The position numbers and the translations under genes were made by a program. The notes under the pieces are model-generated. The model was not told the origin of the DNA, searched no databases, and saw nothing but the letters and a program-made list of their open reading frames with translations. Shown piece after piece: positions 37,257-50,136 of a DNA stretch of 64,000 nt (within the stretch, counting starts at the first letter, position 1; each line of letters begins with the position of its first letter). The DNA comes from Curvularia clavata (taxonomy: Eukaryota). The stretch covers positions 1,674,001 to 1,738,000 of the forward strand of contig CP089280.1 of assembly GCA_023920165.1 (NCBI GenBank), written 5' to 3'.

Positions 37257-40200
37257 CTTGCCTGCTTGACACACTGTCACTGAGGTTCAACAACACTCTG
37301 TGTGTTATACATGGTGTCGGCGATTGAATTTGCTTCGGCTCATTACCGGCATTTGCAAGACGTGCTACTAACATCATGACTTATACCTGATCTGAACGAT
37401 CTACACGTGATGTGGGGAAACATGCTGGGGTAATTCGAGTTAGAAGGCGGGGTATAGCTAGGTAGGATGTTTAACCGTGCCTAGCGCTTGGCAACTATCA
37501 CTTAAATATCGAACCTGCCCACTGGCAGAAGACAAAAATTCTTGGAGGCTGAGAAAGGCTGAGAAACAAAGGGGCCGACGCCATCGGGCCACCGATCTTG
37601 CAACCTCCACTTTCCGTACCCAACTGCATACTGCCACTCAGACGTCATGTTCCCTAACCAACTATAGTGCATACGTTGTCAACATTCCCGAGATACCGAG
37701 GTTTATCCGTACCTTCTCGCATGGCGCTCCATCCTGTCAAGGCAACCAGGAGGTCCAGGCTCCTCCAAAGCCGCCTGTGAGCGCAATTGGCGCGATATTT
37801 TGTTCATCATAGAGCTCTTCACGCCAGCAACCCCTGATCTGCCCAATATTTTTACCGTGAGCGATTGAGACGTCTCGGAGATTATTTGGCTTTTAATCAA
37901 TATATTTCCTATCCTATCCTGGAGAGAAACAGGGGCACAGAAAATCGGCCCGAAGGGCGCTCAAACAAGGCGTGCATGTAACACAGCGCGCTGCGTAGTT
38001 GAAAGACGTGGCCAGGAAATAAATAAATTATATTATGCGCAAGATCATCGGAAAGTTTGCAATTCTCGCACAAGTAGGATCAAAACACTAGACCCGGGTA
38101 CCGCACTCGCCAGAACGAGGGCCATTTAGATGGCCGCTAGGCAGGATCGTTGCTAACTCTTAGACAAAATATCTCACATGCCTCATATCCTTCTGAGGAG
38201 TGCTCGGCTCATGTACCTCTCAGCCCTTACTGAGCACCTCCTTCTTCTGGGCATCAAGTCCTACTTGACATCATACAGTGTGGTACTGCTTATTCCAACT
38301 AGAGCCACTTATTTCATAGTATTATAAGCGACTCGACTGTCGAAGCAGCCGGCTCATCTACACGTTGGGCTATCGCTACACGGTTTACCTATGGCCATTG
38401 CTGACATTTGTGCTTCATGTGAAATGTTATCATCAGGAGCTATCACTCTCTCCGCGCCAACGACTGGTTTCTGACGCCGATCGAAGTTAATAAAGGGGCA
38501 TACCGCCATCCTGGATATACTACCACTATCCTAGGCATACCGCCATGCCTGGCACACCGCTACTCGAGAGAATGAAGCCGGAAACTGCTCAATGCTCGAT
38601 TTGCCGAGACCCGAGCGATTGGTAGTCCATATTTTTCGACGTACAATCTCAGCGCGTTTGTGTTGTACAGAAACTCTTTTGCATTTGCCGTTGTTTGCGG
38701 GTCTTTCAGAACGTACGGACGGTTACCTTTCTTTAGGCTTATGCATAGCCTCCGCATATAGTCAGAGGTAAGGAAAAGTGGCTTGTCGTTGCTATACATA
38801 AAGGTTCTTGTGCTTCAAGTGAGGACCTGAAGTTTGATTGATGAGAGTTGGAAGACGCTCGAGAACAACACATTCTCTCCAGCATATAATCATCCGACTT
38901 CTATGGTTGCTATTGTACCTGCTTGGTCGTTGAACCATATCAACCATCATCTGACTCTCAATAACGGCATAAATGGACCGCTCGGTCGAGAACAAAACCT
39001 CCAGCAGGATATTTCAAGTTTACACTCGATATCTTCCACATCAGCCATGGCCAGCCTCGGAGCATTAAGAGAATCCCTTCCCTTTAGTTAGCGGCACGTC
39101 TCAACGCACTTCTTAGATCTGTTCCAGAGGATAGATGCAGTGAGAGATGCCGGCATGATCATGCACCCATGGCTTCTAGCAGTCCTCAAAGTCCAGACCT
39201 CTATACCATGTTAGCAACGAGACATGGTTTCCAAAAAATATTGTCGAGGACCAGAAAGCGGAGAACGGCGCGGCGACGACAAACTAATACTTGATCAATC
39301 AAGGTGGCAACATCACAGATGTCATAGTTTTTACTATCAGCGCGCTGGGAGCAGGCCGAATCAACAGCGGGTAAATAATGCAGCATCAATTTGCTACGTG
39401 GTTAGCAATAACAAGTAGAAGCCTCTCACAGAAAGACCATCCAGGGACGACTAAAAATATGCTGCATCGCATATCCAGACACAGTTCATGAGGCTCTTTT
39501 TTTCGTTTTTTTGCACAACATGCTTAAATTGTGGGCCTTGCTCTTTTGAACCTGGGCCTTATAGTTAGTTTGCATATAACAACTATTTATTGTCTTTTTA
39601 GCAAAGACAGTGGGCTAATACACAAATCGGAAACTGCGAAACCTACTGCCTTCTACTATCGCGTCATTCGAAAAGGATGTCCATGAAACTACCAAGCATA
39701 CTTACCCAGCGAATGGCAGACTTTTGCGGCTTAAGCGCAACGAAATGACAACTTGGGCTTTCTACCGTCCTCGGAGAAAGCAACCATGGTATGAGTAATA
39801 CCCTTTCACATGCTTATGTGATCAAGTGGGGAACATTGTCTTGTAAGGCAAGAGTACGATATTGCAAACGCACCAGTCATATCGCATGAAGGACAGTCCA
39901 TATCACTGGGTGCAGGCTCGGCGCAGAAATGAATGCACTGCCATACTTGGCCGATTTCATCACTCCACGTGCCGTTCCGATGGCACGGCAGTTTAGCAAG
40001 GCGCCGTTATCTGTACAGCACTCAAAACCAAGTACCAGGTATTTTTTGTGGATCCGATTGAACACTGGGTATGGCGAGATTCGACCATGTCTTCTGAGAA
40101 GGGGCAACATGAGCGATACTTAGAACCACAACAAATCGCAGCAATAGGTATAGGAATATTGAATTGTTGAATCGTCCTCGCGTTTGAATGGCTCCATCCA

Positions 40201-40985
40201 GCAAGTTGCCGACCTTGGGTCCTCTCGCATAAGGCTGAGAGAAGAAGTATGCACCGCTAATGGGAAAGATTATCGCTCCATCCTATCAACAAACAGATGT
40301 TCTGCCGTTATTGTCTTGGCTGCACCATTGTCGGTACTCCATATAATCCCTGTGCAACACACTCGCATAAAATTGAATGCTCGGCTCTGGTGAGTATGCG
40401 TGCTCCCCGCACCATCACATGCCCGATCCTAAAATTGTTATGTTTTGTGAATTGAGTACTGTATAGAAAGCTGTACCATACCAAATCGATTCGCATCATA
40501 CAACACTGAATCTCTCAGCTCGCCTTGTCTCTCGAACACCGAGTGGCATGTTAGTAGTTAGAGAGCAAATAACTTCCACAATGTTCGTGCTTACCGATTT
40601 CGCTCGGGAATAACGGAGCACATGCCTACCGATCAGACATGGATTTTGTATACGAACATCCTCATCTGTGCAACACTCAACTTACCCATTGATTACCCTA
40701 CATGCATTTTGTGGAATGCAGTGGTTGCCTAGTTCGACAATTACACAATCCTCAAACAGTCTGCGACGTATCTTCCTATCAGGGCTAGTAAGCTGACATT
40801 CTTCATGGACGCCCAGCATTGCTCAGGAAGATCGTCCTGTATTGTTAAGGAAGGTCATCTAGTATTGCTGAAGCTTTATAAAGCGTATCTGTGATGGTCT
40901 CCAAGACTTCCTGGTCTTCTCTCTCCGAATTTTTTTTGCTTCGTATCCCTACTATCATCAGTTGAAGAGGGAATTCCACTACATC

Positions 40986-42734
40986 ATGTTTCTGACCTCC
41001 ACCCTATATATTGTGTCTGCGCTCGGTATCGCCGCAATCTATGGCATGCTTCATTACTTGCTTGGGAAAAGGCACAAACTGCCACTTCCCCCGGGTCCCA
41101 AAGGCATCCCGGTTCTAGGTAACATCAAGGATATGCCTAAGCTCGAAGACCACGAATGGCTGCATTGGCTTAAGCACAAGGACAAATATGGCCCCATCAG
41201 CTCCCTTTCCGTGCTCGGCCAAACGTTTATTATCGTGCATGATGCAGACATTGCATTGAAGCTGCTAAAAGACCGCGCACAAAACTATGCTGGAAGACCA
41301 AGACAGATCTTTGTTGGTGAGTTGTACGTTTGGCCAGACTCGACCTGATTCCCTCCCGCACAAACTAATTTGAGCAGGGTGGGCTGGAACAAGATGCTAG
41401 CTTTCCTACAGCCTGGTTGGGACTTTCGACAACATCGTCGTAACCTTGCCAAGATAGGTGGATCGACTGTGGCTGTCGAAGCATTCGACCGCATACAAAA
41501 TGAAGAAGCAGCACACTTTCTAATAAATGTGTTGGAGAGCCCCGAAGATCTGCTCTACCATATCAAGAGGATAGCTGGTGCCGTGATTTTGAGAATCACA
41601 TACGGATACACGCCAAATGCGCGAGGCTCGGATCCGCTAGTTGATCTGGCCGATAAGACGATGAAAGACGTTGGGATTGCAGCTATACCAGGAAAGTGGA
41701 CTGTTGACGTACTGCCATTTTGTAAGTCGAGCATGTTGCACTTGAGCGTCAGTCCGGTGCTAACGCTGGCTAAGTACGCTACCTACCTGATTGGTGCCCA
41801 GGCACCGGCTTCAAAGCCATAGCCCGAGAGATGAGAAAGAACTTCGAGCGTAGCTCTGAAAAGCCCTACATTTGGGTCAAAGAGCAGATGCGGAACAAGA
41901 AAGCAAAGATGTCCTTCCTGTCCCAGGCTATTGAGTCGCTCGGCACAGATCCTAAAATGGAGCATGTGCATAGATGGTCCTCAGTCTCCATGTACTTGGG
42001 TGGCTCCGACACCACAGTATCTTCCATCATGGACTTCTTCTTAGCTATGGCTCTTTTTCCTGATGTTCAGAAGAAGGCACAGGAAGAGCTGGACCGCGTG
42101 ATCGGCGACCGATTACCGCTTACCAGCGACAAAGCTAGCTTGCCGTATATTGAGGCTATAGTCAAGGAGACCCATCGTTGGCACCCTGTTGCTCCAATGG
42201 GCTTGCCGCATTGCGCTGTAGAGGAGGATAGCATAGATGGATACAGGATTCCGAAAGGAGCATTCGTTATGACGAACATCTGGTACGTCTCCCATCTCTT
42301 GCCTCTTCCTGGTCCTTGCGTAGTGCCTAACACACCGCAGGTGGTTTACCCATGATCCCACAGTATATCCAGACCCGATGGTTTTCCGACCTGAGCGCTT
42401 CATAGAGACTCCAACTCATGCCGCCGAACCCGACCCCCGGAACTGGACGTTTGGTTACGGTCGGCGTGTCTGCCCCGGTCGCTACATTGCCGACAATGCG
42501 CTGTTCACAACCATTGCACAATCGCTAGCGGTCTTCAATATTGGGAAGCTGGTCGAGAATGGTAAAACGGTTGAGCCGAGGGTTGAGTTTGAACCTGGTT
42601 TGGTCAGTCACCCAGTGCCGTATCGTCTTAGCATCAAACCAAGGAACGAGAAATGCCGTGAGTTGATTGAGAAAGCGGAGCAACTCTACCCATGGGGGGA
42701 GAGCGATGCACAGTCAATGGAGAGCTTAATTTAG
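40986..42734 (+). CDS. Cytochrome P450 (OrdA/CYP64-like group), four exons
   Basis: Membrane anchor then LPPGPKGIPVLGN, I-helix GGSDTT, ETHR (ExxR), PERF, heme motif FGYGRRVCPG; three GT-AG introns. Confidence 0.93.
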
Positions 42735-43349
42735 GAAAGGACAACAGCAAACACATAGCGCACAATAGAAAAAGGTATTGGGAACAATTGTATTGAAGTA
42801 TTTGTAATCTTGATGTAGCAGAACTGTTGGTATTTGATACTGCACTCGCATCATGGTTAGCACAAGAGACAAGGACGGGGCAGACTGAATAAAGTCAGCC
42901 ACCGTCCTCGACCGGTCTGGAAGAATGAGGAAGTGGACGAAGGTATGAACGGGAAAGTGAACGAAGATATGTTTGCCTGACCCTATACATGAAGCCAACT
43001 GATCAGCTTGACGTGTGTCGGATCAAGGCTCGTCATCAACACAGACGACGAGTTGGTTTTACTCTTGCTTCCCTGTCCACACTTGCCAACGGAAGGATAA
43101 CGAGTTGGCAAGCTCTAGCATAATTTGGAAGCGGAACGCGCAACGCCCGAAGGTAGGTTAACGCTGGAGAAATGATGATCAATGTGGCATCGGGTCCTCA
43201 AACCTGCTTGTAGCAGGAATGTTCCCTCAGCACACATCGCATCGCCTTCTCCGACTCCATAGAGACACAAGTGCCACCGTGGAGTTGACAGTTGAACAAT
43301 CAACAACTGTTGGATCAGCTTGGCCGAAGTCAAGACCTATGATCGCTCA

Positions 43350-43736
43350 CCGCAGGGCATCGTCTACGACTGAGGTCGAAGGTTGCCGCTGCGAGACTGA
43401 GAAACTAGTGCGTCCGTAGCAACAAGTGCATGCGTAGCAGCAATTCCTCAAGGTTTATACCAATCAGGAACACTCGAAGCAAAACATGCTAAGGGCCACA
43501 TGACCTATCGAAGCTTCCCGCCGAAGGCATCCCACCAAAGGCGGCTTCATTCCTGTTGGCTTCTTTCCTTGAGTTCGGGGTCACTTTTTCAAATGAGCCC
43601 TCACCCAGAGGCAGGGGAAAGGATCCCCTGCTTCGATGTTCCTGATGGCCCAGTCAATTTACTTATTTATTTTTCCTAGACTCCGGGATCCTGGGTATCC
43701 TCTGGAAAGATTCCGGGCAAACTATGGGCGACAGGT
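43350..43736 (+). ncRNA. Probable snR30/U17-like box H/ACA snoRNA (5' end uncertain)
   Basis: H box ATACCA 43457-43462. Internal hairpin closed by ATCAGGAACA(C)TCGAAGCA 43463-43481 and TGCTTCGATGTTCCTGAT 43629-43646. 3' hairpin GCCCA...TGGGC carrying m1-like TTTTCCTAG (43671-43679) and m2-like AAACTAT (43719-43725). ACA at 43731-43733. Confidence 0.6.
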
Positions 43737-44265
43737 AGCATCCATTCCAGCAAAGCTTCGGGGTGCGGGACGTCTCCCGACTTTGCTGCTCTCCCATGGA
43801 CAAGGCAGCGCCTACGGTCTGGGATTGGGTCTTCTAGGCTCACACCAGGCACCTGGGGGCCAATCTAGGGACCGGTGCTACCCATTGGTCGTTAGAACAT
43901 GCATCCAGGAACGCGGTATGGTGTCGCGTCAACGGAATAAGCCAGTCAGTCCGGTGGTCGGAGGCAGGTCCTAGAGAATCGAGAGTATACCCGACGTATG
44001 TGCGATACAACGACGAAGACAATATGCGTACATATCTCCGACGGCGGAAAGACTATGTGCTGAGGAAGGACAAAGGAAGATGTCTGTCCAGTTGAGTTTA
44101 AAAGCACAAGTCGATGTGGGTACTCAAGGTGGCTGGAAGCGAGGATTTTTACAGGTCAGTGCGGGATCCGACCCACGTGCAGCGCTGGTCCGTGCAGTCG
44201 CGTCATCGATGCGACAGAGCCATGAATCACTTATGCGATGAGGTTCCTGCAACAATCAGTGCAAA

Positions 44266-44998
44266 ATGGTAGGTTTATTTCAAGCTGTCTCTGGATAGTG
44301 TATGTACATACTGACCAGTCTATAGCCGCCAAAGCGTCGTGGTCCGCCGTCCAAGGCGCCTGTCAAACGCGCATCGAAACTCGCCAAAGAACACGGTCTG
44401 ACGGCAGAGCAAGAGGCCGAGATTCGCGAAGCATTTGGCCTGTTTGCAGTCGCTCACCCCGACCATGAAGATTCGAAGGAAGGCGTACTAAAGAGAGGCG
44501 ACGTACGGAGGTGTCTGATGTAGGTAGCACTCGAATGCGCCTGGAGCGATGCGCACGTACTAACGACGTGGAAGCTCTCTGAACCTTGCACCTGAAAAAT
44601 CAGAACTATCTTCTATTCTTTCCACGATCGATCCGCTGAACACTGGCTTCGTTGCCTTTGTTCCTTTCTTCTCGTACGCTGCAATCGCAATACACTCCAA
44701 GGACCAAGGGTCTGATGATGATGACGACGACGACGATGAAGAATACAGGGAGGAGAGCAACGCAGAAGAGGTCAGGGAAGCATATCGATTGTTCACACAC
44801 GGAGGTGCAGGACCTATCACACTAGGACATCTTAGAAGGGTTGCGAAGGAGTTGCGAGAAGATGTGCCAGATGACGTTCTCAGGGATATGATTCTTGAGG
44901 CGAACGGCGGAGTCAAGGGTCAGGGCAAAGATGTCGGTGGTGTTAGTCTTGAGGACTTTGAAAGCGTGATGAAGAGGGCTGGGTTATCGTTTGGATGA
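44266..44998 (+). CDS. Centrin/calmodulin-like EF-hand protein
   Basis: ATG-only first exon, intron 44269-44324, then PPKRRG...EQEAEIREAFGLF, a second intron, IDPLNTGFV, EEVREAYRLF, GPITLGHLRRVAKELRE. Confidence 0.85.
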
Positions 44999-45742
44999 GC
45001 GACGGTGGTGCAGAAGAAATCCCCAACAGCCTAAAGCATCGCGCTATGGGCAGAGGCATGTCCAGAGAAGTCTCGACCCACTGTCTACTAAGATCTTGCG
45101 TCCACGCAAGATGAACGGTGGAAATCTGGGGTGCTTAACGCCGGCTACAAATGTCGACATTGGGTACCGGTACTCGCAATGTGTTTTCACGCTTGTGAAA
45201 TCTAGCGAGGGTAGCTTTGTCAACCTAAAGCATACGCAGGCGAAAGAGGAGAGGGCGCTGGGTAGAACAGAGCAGCCATTGATGGCTCTGGATAATGGAG
45301 AATGGGGTAAGAGAGCGAGTTGAGTATTTACTATTACAATTCTCTAGACGCAGATTGTCTGGCTCTTTGCGTGCCGAATTGCCACAAGACTCAAAGTATA
45401 TACGTCTACTGTACTATGTATAGCATCGGCGTACGATCTCGGCGCCGATAGAAGGCAGACCGCCAGGATAGGTTCCAAAAGTCGACGCCAAGCTGCAGGG
45501 ACCTAACTGGCCAGGCACAAGAAGACGAATGCAATGGCACTGCGTAACCGCAACCACACTCAATTACACTTGCTCTCGTATTATTTTTGTGGACGGACGA
45601 CTCCTGTTGCACGCCCGCTTCGTTGATGTGTTTACGTGTCTTCGTCGCCACACCACACTAGACCATACCGGGAGTGCTGCGCACCTGAATGCGAGCGCCC
45701 TGACCTGCCAGACCCTTTTCTACTCTCGTCCCTCCTAGTTCC

Positions 45743-47589
45743 ATGTCCAGCGGCATTGAAGTCACCGGAAGCCAACGACGCCCCGGCATCTGGTCCTACT
45801 TTAGTTTTTCAGGTCCCCGCCGCCGAGTCTCTGTTTCTCTGCCTCGCACCCTGGACTCGAATAGCGGCGCCGACGAAGACGACCCTCACGTGAAAGCCGC
45901 CAGACACTCGCGCCATCGGTCGACGTACTCGGACGCATTCATGAACGAACACAAGGGCAGTGGCGTCATGAATCAAGGGCAGCGGTTGCGCTACCTCAAG
46001 ACAGGTGGCGTCATTGCCTTTATACTGCTTGTGCTGTACATGATTGCACCAAGCGACCGCATCCCAAGACCAGGCGGTATGTAGACGGCGAATGGCTTCC
46101 CAGGCACCAACTGACATTTGCAGGTGTATCACACACTGGAGGCAACACAGCAGCCGGCGATGTAAAGGCCGAGTGTACCAAGTCCTACTCCAAGGACAAG
46201 CCCCTCATCCAGTATGCCCTCATGATCGACGCCGGCAGCACTGGCTCGCGCATCCACGTCTACAAGTTCAACAACTGCGGCCCCAGCCCCGAGCTCGAGA
46301 AGGAATACTTTGAAATGACACCCAAGAAGGAGGGAGGCTCTGGTCTTTCAGCCTATGCGGATGATGCAGAGGCTGCTGCGAGGAGTCTGGATGTTCTCAT
46401 GGATGTTGCCCTCAAGAACGTGCCTAAGGAATACCAGTCTTGCACTCCTGTTGCAGTAAAGGCAACAGCCGGTCTCCGCAAGCTCGGGGAGCAGAAGAGC
46501 AACGATATTCTGGCTGCTGTGCGTCGTCACCTGGAAAACGACTTCCCCTTCCCAGTTGTTGGGCAAGACAAGGGCGGTGTCGAGGTCATGCCTGGCGAGA
46601 TGGAGGGCGTGTATGCGTGGATTACTGTCAACTACCTTCTCGGCAAGATTGGAGGCCCCGACAAGAACCCCACGGCCGCCGTCCTCGACCTAGGTGGTGG
46701 TTCTACCCAGATCATCTTCGAGCCTACCTTCCCCGACACTCCCCGTGGCGGACTCCCGACGAAGCTTGCTGAAGGTGACCACAAGTATGCGCTGAGCTTT
46801 GGCAACCGCAACTTTGACCTCTACCAGCACTCGTACCTTGGTTATGGCTTGATGGAGGCCCGCAACAACCTGCACAGCACCATTCTTGCCGGTCTCCACG
46901 AGACGAACAAGGACAACCGGGAGTACCTCAAGAAGCCGATTGTCAACCCTTGCATTGCTCCTGGCATGTCTCGCGAGGTCGAGGTTCACATGCCCAAGGG
47001 CCACGCACTGGGCGACTCGGTCACTGTCAACATGACTGGTCCCTCTACCGCCGCGCCCACCCAATGCCGCGGTCTGGCCGAGAAGACACTACACAAGGAC
47101 GACGAGTGCGCCATTGCTCCCTGTGCCTTCCGCGGCGTCCATCAACCGCCATTCGCGCAGACCTTCGCTACCGAAGCCGTGTACCTCCTCTCATACTTTT
47201 ACGACCGCACGCAGGAGCTCGGCATGCCCGAGTCCTTTACTCTCCGTGAGCTGCAGGACCTAGCCAACAAGGTGTGCAGCGGCGAGGAAGGCTGGGACGT
47301 CTTCTCGTCGATCCCCAAGGCGCTCGACGAGCTCAAGGGCCGTCCGGAGTGGTGTCTCGACCTCAACTTCCAGTTTGAGCTCCTCCGCAGCGGCTACGGT
47401 ATGCCGATTGACCGCGAGGTCAAGATTGCAAAGAAGATTAAGGGTAATGAGCTGGGATGGTGTTTGGGTGCTAGGTGAGTTCTTCCTTGTCTTAATGTCG
47501 TAACAAACAAAAAAACTAACGTGTTTCACAGTCTTCCGTTGCTCGAACCAAATTCGGGCTGGCAGTGTAAGATTAAGCAGGTTCAGTAA
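45743..47589 (+). CDS. GDA1: Golgi guanosine diphosphatase (GDA1/CD39 family)
   Basis: Type II TM segment; apyrase conserved regions IDAGSTGSR, KATAGLR, EGVYAWITVNYL, DLGGGSTQ, GWCLGAS; two introns. Confidence 0.93.
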
Positions 47590-48117
47590 GATTCTAGATG
47601 CATGGGCATGGGCGTTGATGTCGCTGTTTTTTTTTCGCTGTTTCCGAGCAAACAGGGGGGGAGGATTTAGTTTCCTTCTCGCAAATTTCACGCCATCATG
47701 GCGTGAGGAGAGGGTCGAGAGGGAGGGAAAAAAAAGAAATGAAGGGATGGGAAATGCTGAGGGGTTCTGCGGGAAAGTATTGACATGGTACTGGATATTA
47801 ATGCCACTTATAGACTATTTTGTTGCGATGAAATAGAAAATAAAGAAGCTTTTTTTTTCTTCTTGAATAGTAAGGATCTTTTTAATCGTTATCACGGAGG
47901 GTTCAAGGGTTGTGGTCAGATTCTTTTTTTACTCAATATGGATTAAGTATGTACGGGTATCTTCTCTCTTTTTCTATGTACCAACAAAGAGGATCGAAAT
48001 CGATGAATAAGACTAGTCTTGCTATACGTATAAACATGAGTCCAAGAAATAACCAAGCCTAATTAAAAGGCAATAAGGTAAAACATGCACCCAAGTGCTT
48101 AAGCAAGGATTTCGTCA

Positions 48118-50136
48118 TCAAAACGACCCAATATTGCCCTTTGTATACATGGTCTGCCTCCTCTTGGCCTTGTGATGATGCTCACTCGCATTTCCGCTCA
48201 ACCCGATCCCATCCCCAAGAATGCCGTTCGAGCCCGCTTTCGCCTTTCTCACCGCCCGCCTCTTTGCCTCTCTACGCTTCAGCTTGCCACTCCAGTGCTT
48301 GACCTTGCGCATTATACGCTCGGCCATGAGGACGAGGAGCGTGATAAACATGACGGGGACGGCAATGATCCAGAAAAAGGCGTCCGAGTTATGCTGCACA
48401 CCGTTGAAGCGAGCAAAGTTTTGGCCAAAGTAGCCGACGAGGAAGGTCAGGGGTAGGAAGAAGATGGTGACTGCGGTGAGAATCTTCATGGATTCGTTCT
48501 GGTAGGCGCCCATCATGTTGAAGATGAGATCAATGAGGTTGTCGGCGGCACGGCGCATCTGGTCGAGAGAGGCCGTGATCATAATGCAGTGATCTTCGAC
48601 GTCGCCCAAGTAGGTGTGGGCGAGAGGGCTGATGTTGATGGAAGACATGGTCTTGCGGGTGGCAAAGTTCGAGTTGGTGTGGGTTAGCATGGTTTGAGCC
48701 ATGGGGTCGGCTTTGTGGTCGCGCAAAGAATTGATGAGGGAGACGATGGGCTGAATGGTGTTGCGCAGGATGGAGAGTTCGGACGTGAGGAGGTAGAGGA
48801 GTTGGCTGTGGTGCAGCTCGGGCTCCTCGAGGACGTCGAGTTCCAACTCGCCCATGGCGTCTTCGTAGGCGGCGACGACGGGGATGGCCAAGTCGACAAT
48901 GGCGTCAATGATGGCTTGGACAATCATGCTGCTGTCTTGGCTGCGGCGGAGAATGGTGTCTTCGGTCTGGAGACGCTTCAAGATCATGCTCTCGACGTCG
49001 TCGGCCGAGTGTTCGAAGAAGGAGATGACCGAGTTGTCGGCAAGCAGGAAGATGCTGACCTGCTCAACGCTGACAGTCAGGTGCTTTTCTGTGAGAGCGG
49101 AATGCTGTTCGAGAAAGACTATGCGGTCGAGGTTGTATCCACCACGATAGCGTTGGAGGGTCCGGATCGTCGTTGTCGCTGGAGGTGTGGTCGTTCTCAT
49201 TTTCTCAAGAGGCGTCCCGTCAAGCTGCTTCTCGAGGCCGTCCAAGGTGTGCATCACGTCGTCCCTTTTGGTCTTTTTATTGCCATCATTGCTCGAGAAG
49301 AACATGCGCTTGGCCCTCTTGAACAAGGATGGCTTACGATCCTTCTTCTTTTTCTTCTTGTGATGGCTTGAATGCCTTGAGCGGGATCGTGACCGAGAAG
49401 CCTCATAGCGCCGGTCACCATCGTCTGAGTCCGAGTCTGATTCGCTTTCCGAGTCCGAGTCGACTGGGGTGCGGACAAGCTTGGAGAGGGTCAAGAGCAT
49501 AAAGGCCTGATCCGAGTACCAGTCGACCTTTGTCCTGCTTTGGGTGCTCATCAAGTCTTCAATTGCCAGGCGGTGCAGCTGCTTGTGGTTTCCCAGGATG
49601 CGGATGACATCCCAGCTCAAGCCATTGACGTTGATCCAGCGAGAGGTAACCCAGTCCTCTTTGGGATAATTCAAGAAGTCCTCGAGGGTATCATTATCGA
49701 GCTCATGGCACACAACCTTCTGGTCTGAAAAGTCGACTACGGTGATCTGGCATGGGGCGTATAGATGATGGTAGTTGGCGGCTTCACTCTCATTCTTGGT
49801 GTCGACACCAGGCTCGGCACCTGGTTCCTGACGGTGGTACTGGCGCGTAGGGGATTGATAGTGCTTGACGGTGTGAGATCTGGTAATGCGGCGTCGCAGT
49901 GTCGAGTCTACCGAGAAGCGGTCTGGGGAGAGGACGCCGTCTGGGTTCGGGGCGGCGCTTGTGGCCGTGGTAGCCGTGGCCGAGCGACCGCGACTCCCTT
50001 GTTCGCCATTGAGCTGCGTGTCGAGGGTCAGGTGGGGAGGGGCAGCCGAGTCCGAGGCAGAGCGTTCAGGATCGCTTGGGGCTGGAGGGACAGAGGCGAA
50101 GTCTTGGACCCGCGTTCCGTGGGGAGAGGCTGACAT
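48118..50136 (-). CDS. CorA-like divalent metal (Mg2+) transporter family protein
   Basis: [59 protein letters not shown] and two C-terminal TM helices. Confidence 0.9.
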   Translation of the reverse strand: MSASPHGTRVQDFASVPPAPSDPERSASDSAAPPHLTLDTQLNGEQGSRGRSATATTATSAAPNPDGVLSPDRFSVDSTLRRRITRSHTVKHYQSPTRQYHRQEPGAEPGVDTKNESEAANYHHLYAPCQITVVDFSDQKVVCHELDNDTLEDFLNYPKEDWVTSRWINVNGLSWDVIRILGNHKQLHRLAIEDLMSTQSRTKVDWYSDQAFMLLTLSKLVRTPVDSDSESESDSDSDDGDRRYEASRSRSRSRHSSHHKKKKKKDRKPSLFKRAKRMFFSSNDGNKKTKRDDVMHTLDGLEKQLDGTPLEKMRTTTPPATTTIRTLQRYRGGYNLDRIVFLEQHSALTEKHLTVSVEQVSIFLLADNSVISFFEHSADDVESMILKRLQTEDTILRRSQDSSMIVQAIIDAIVDLAIPVVAAYEDAMGELELDVLEEPELHHSQLLYLLTSELSILRNTIQPIVSLINSLRDHKADPMAQTMLTHTNSNFATRKTMSSINISPLAHTYLGDVEDHCIMITASLDQMRRAADNLIDLIFNMMGAYQNESMKILTAVTIFFLPLTFLVGYFGQNFARFNGVQHNSDAFFWIIAVPVMFITLLVLMAERIMRKVKHWSGKLKRREAKRRAVRKAKAGSNGILGDGIGLSGNASEHHHKAKRRQTMYTKGNIGSF

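Noticed and set aside
42800..44200. Telomerase RNA, RNase P/MRP or SRP RNA
   Set aside because: No TAACCCTAA-type template or convincing conserved boxes found; the H/ACA layout fits better.
48400..48440. GQN instead of GMN in the CorA signature as a novelty
   Set aside because: Variation at the middle position of GxN is common in this superfamily; not distinctive alone.
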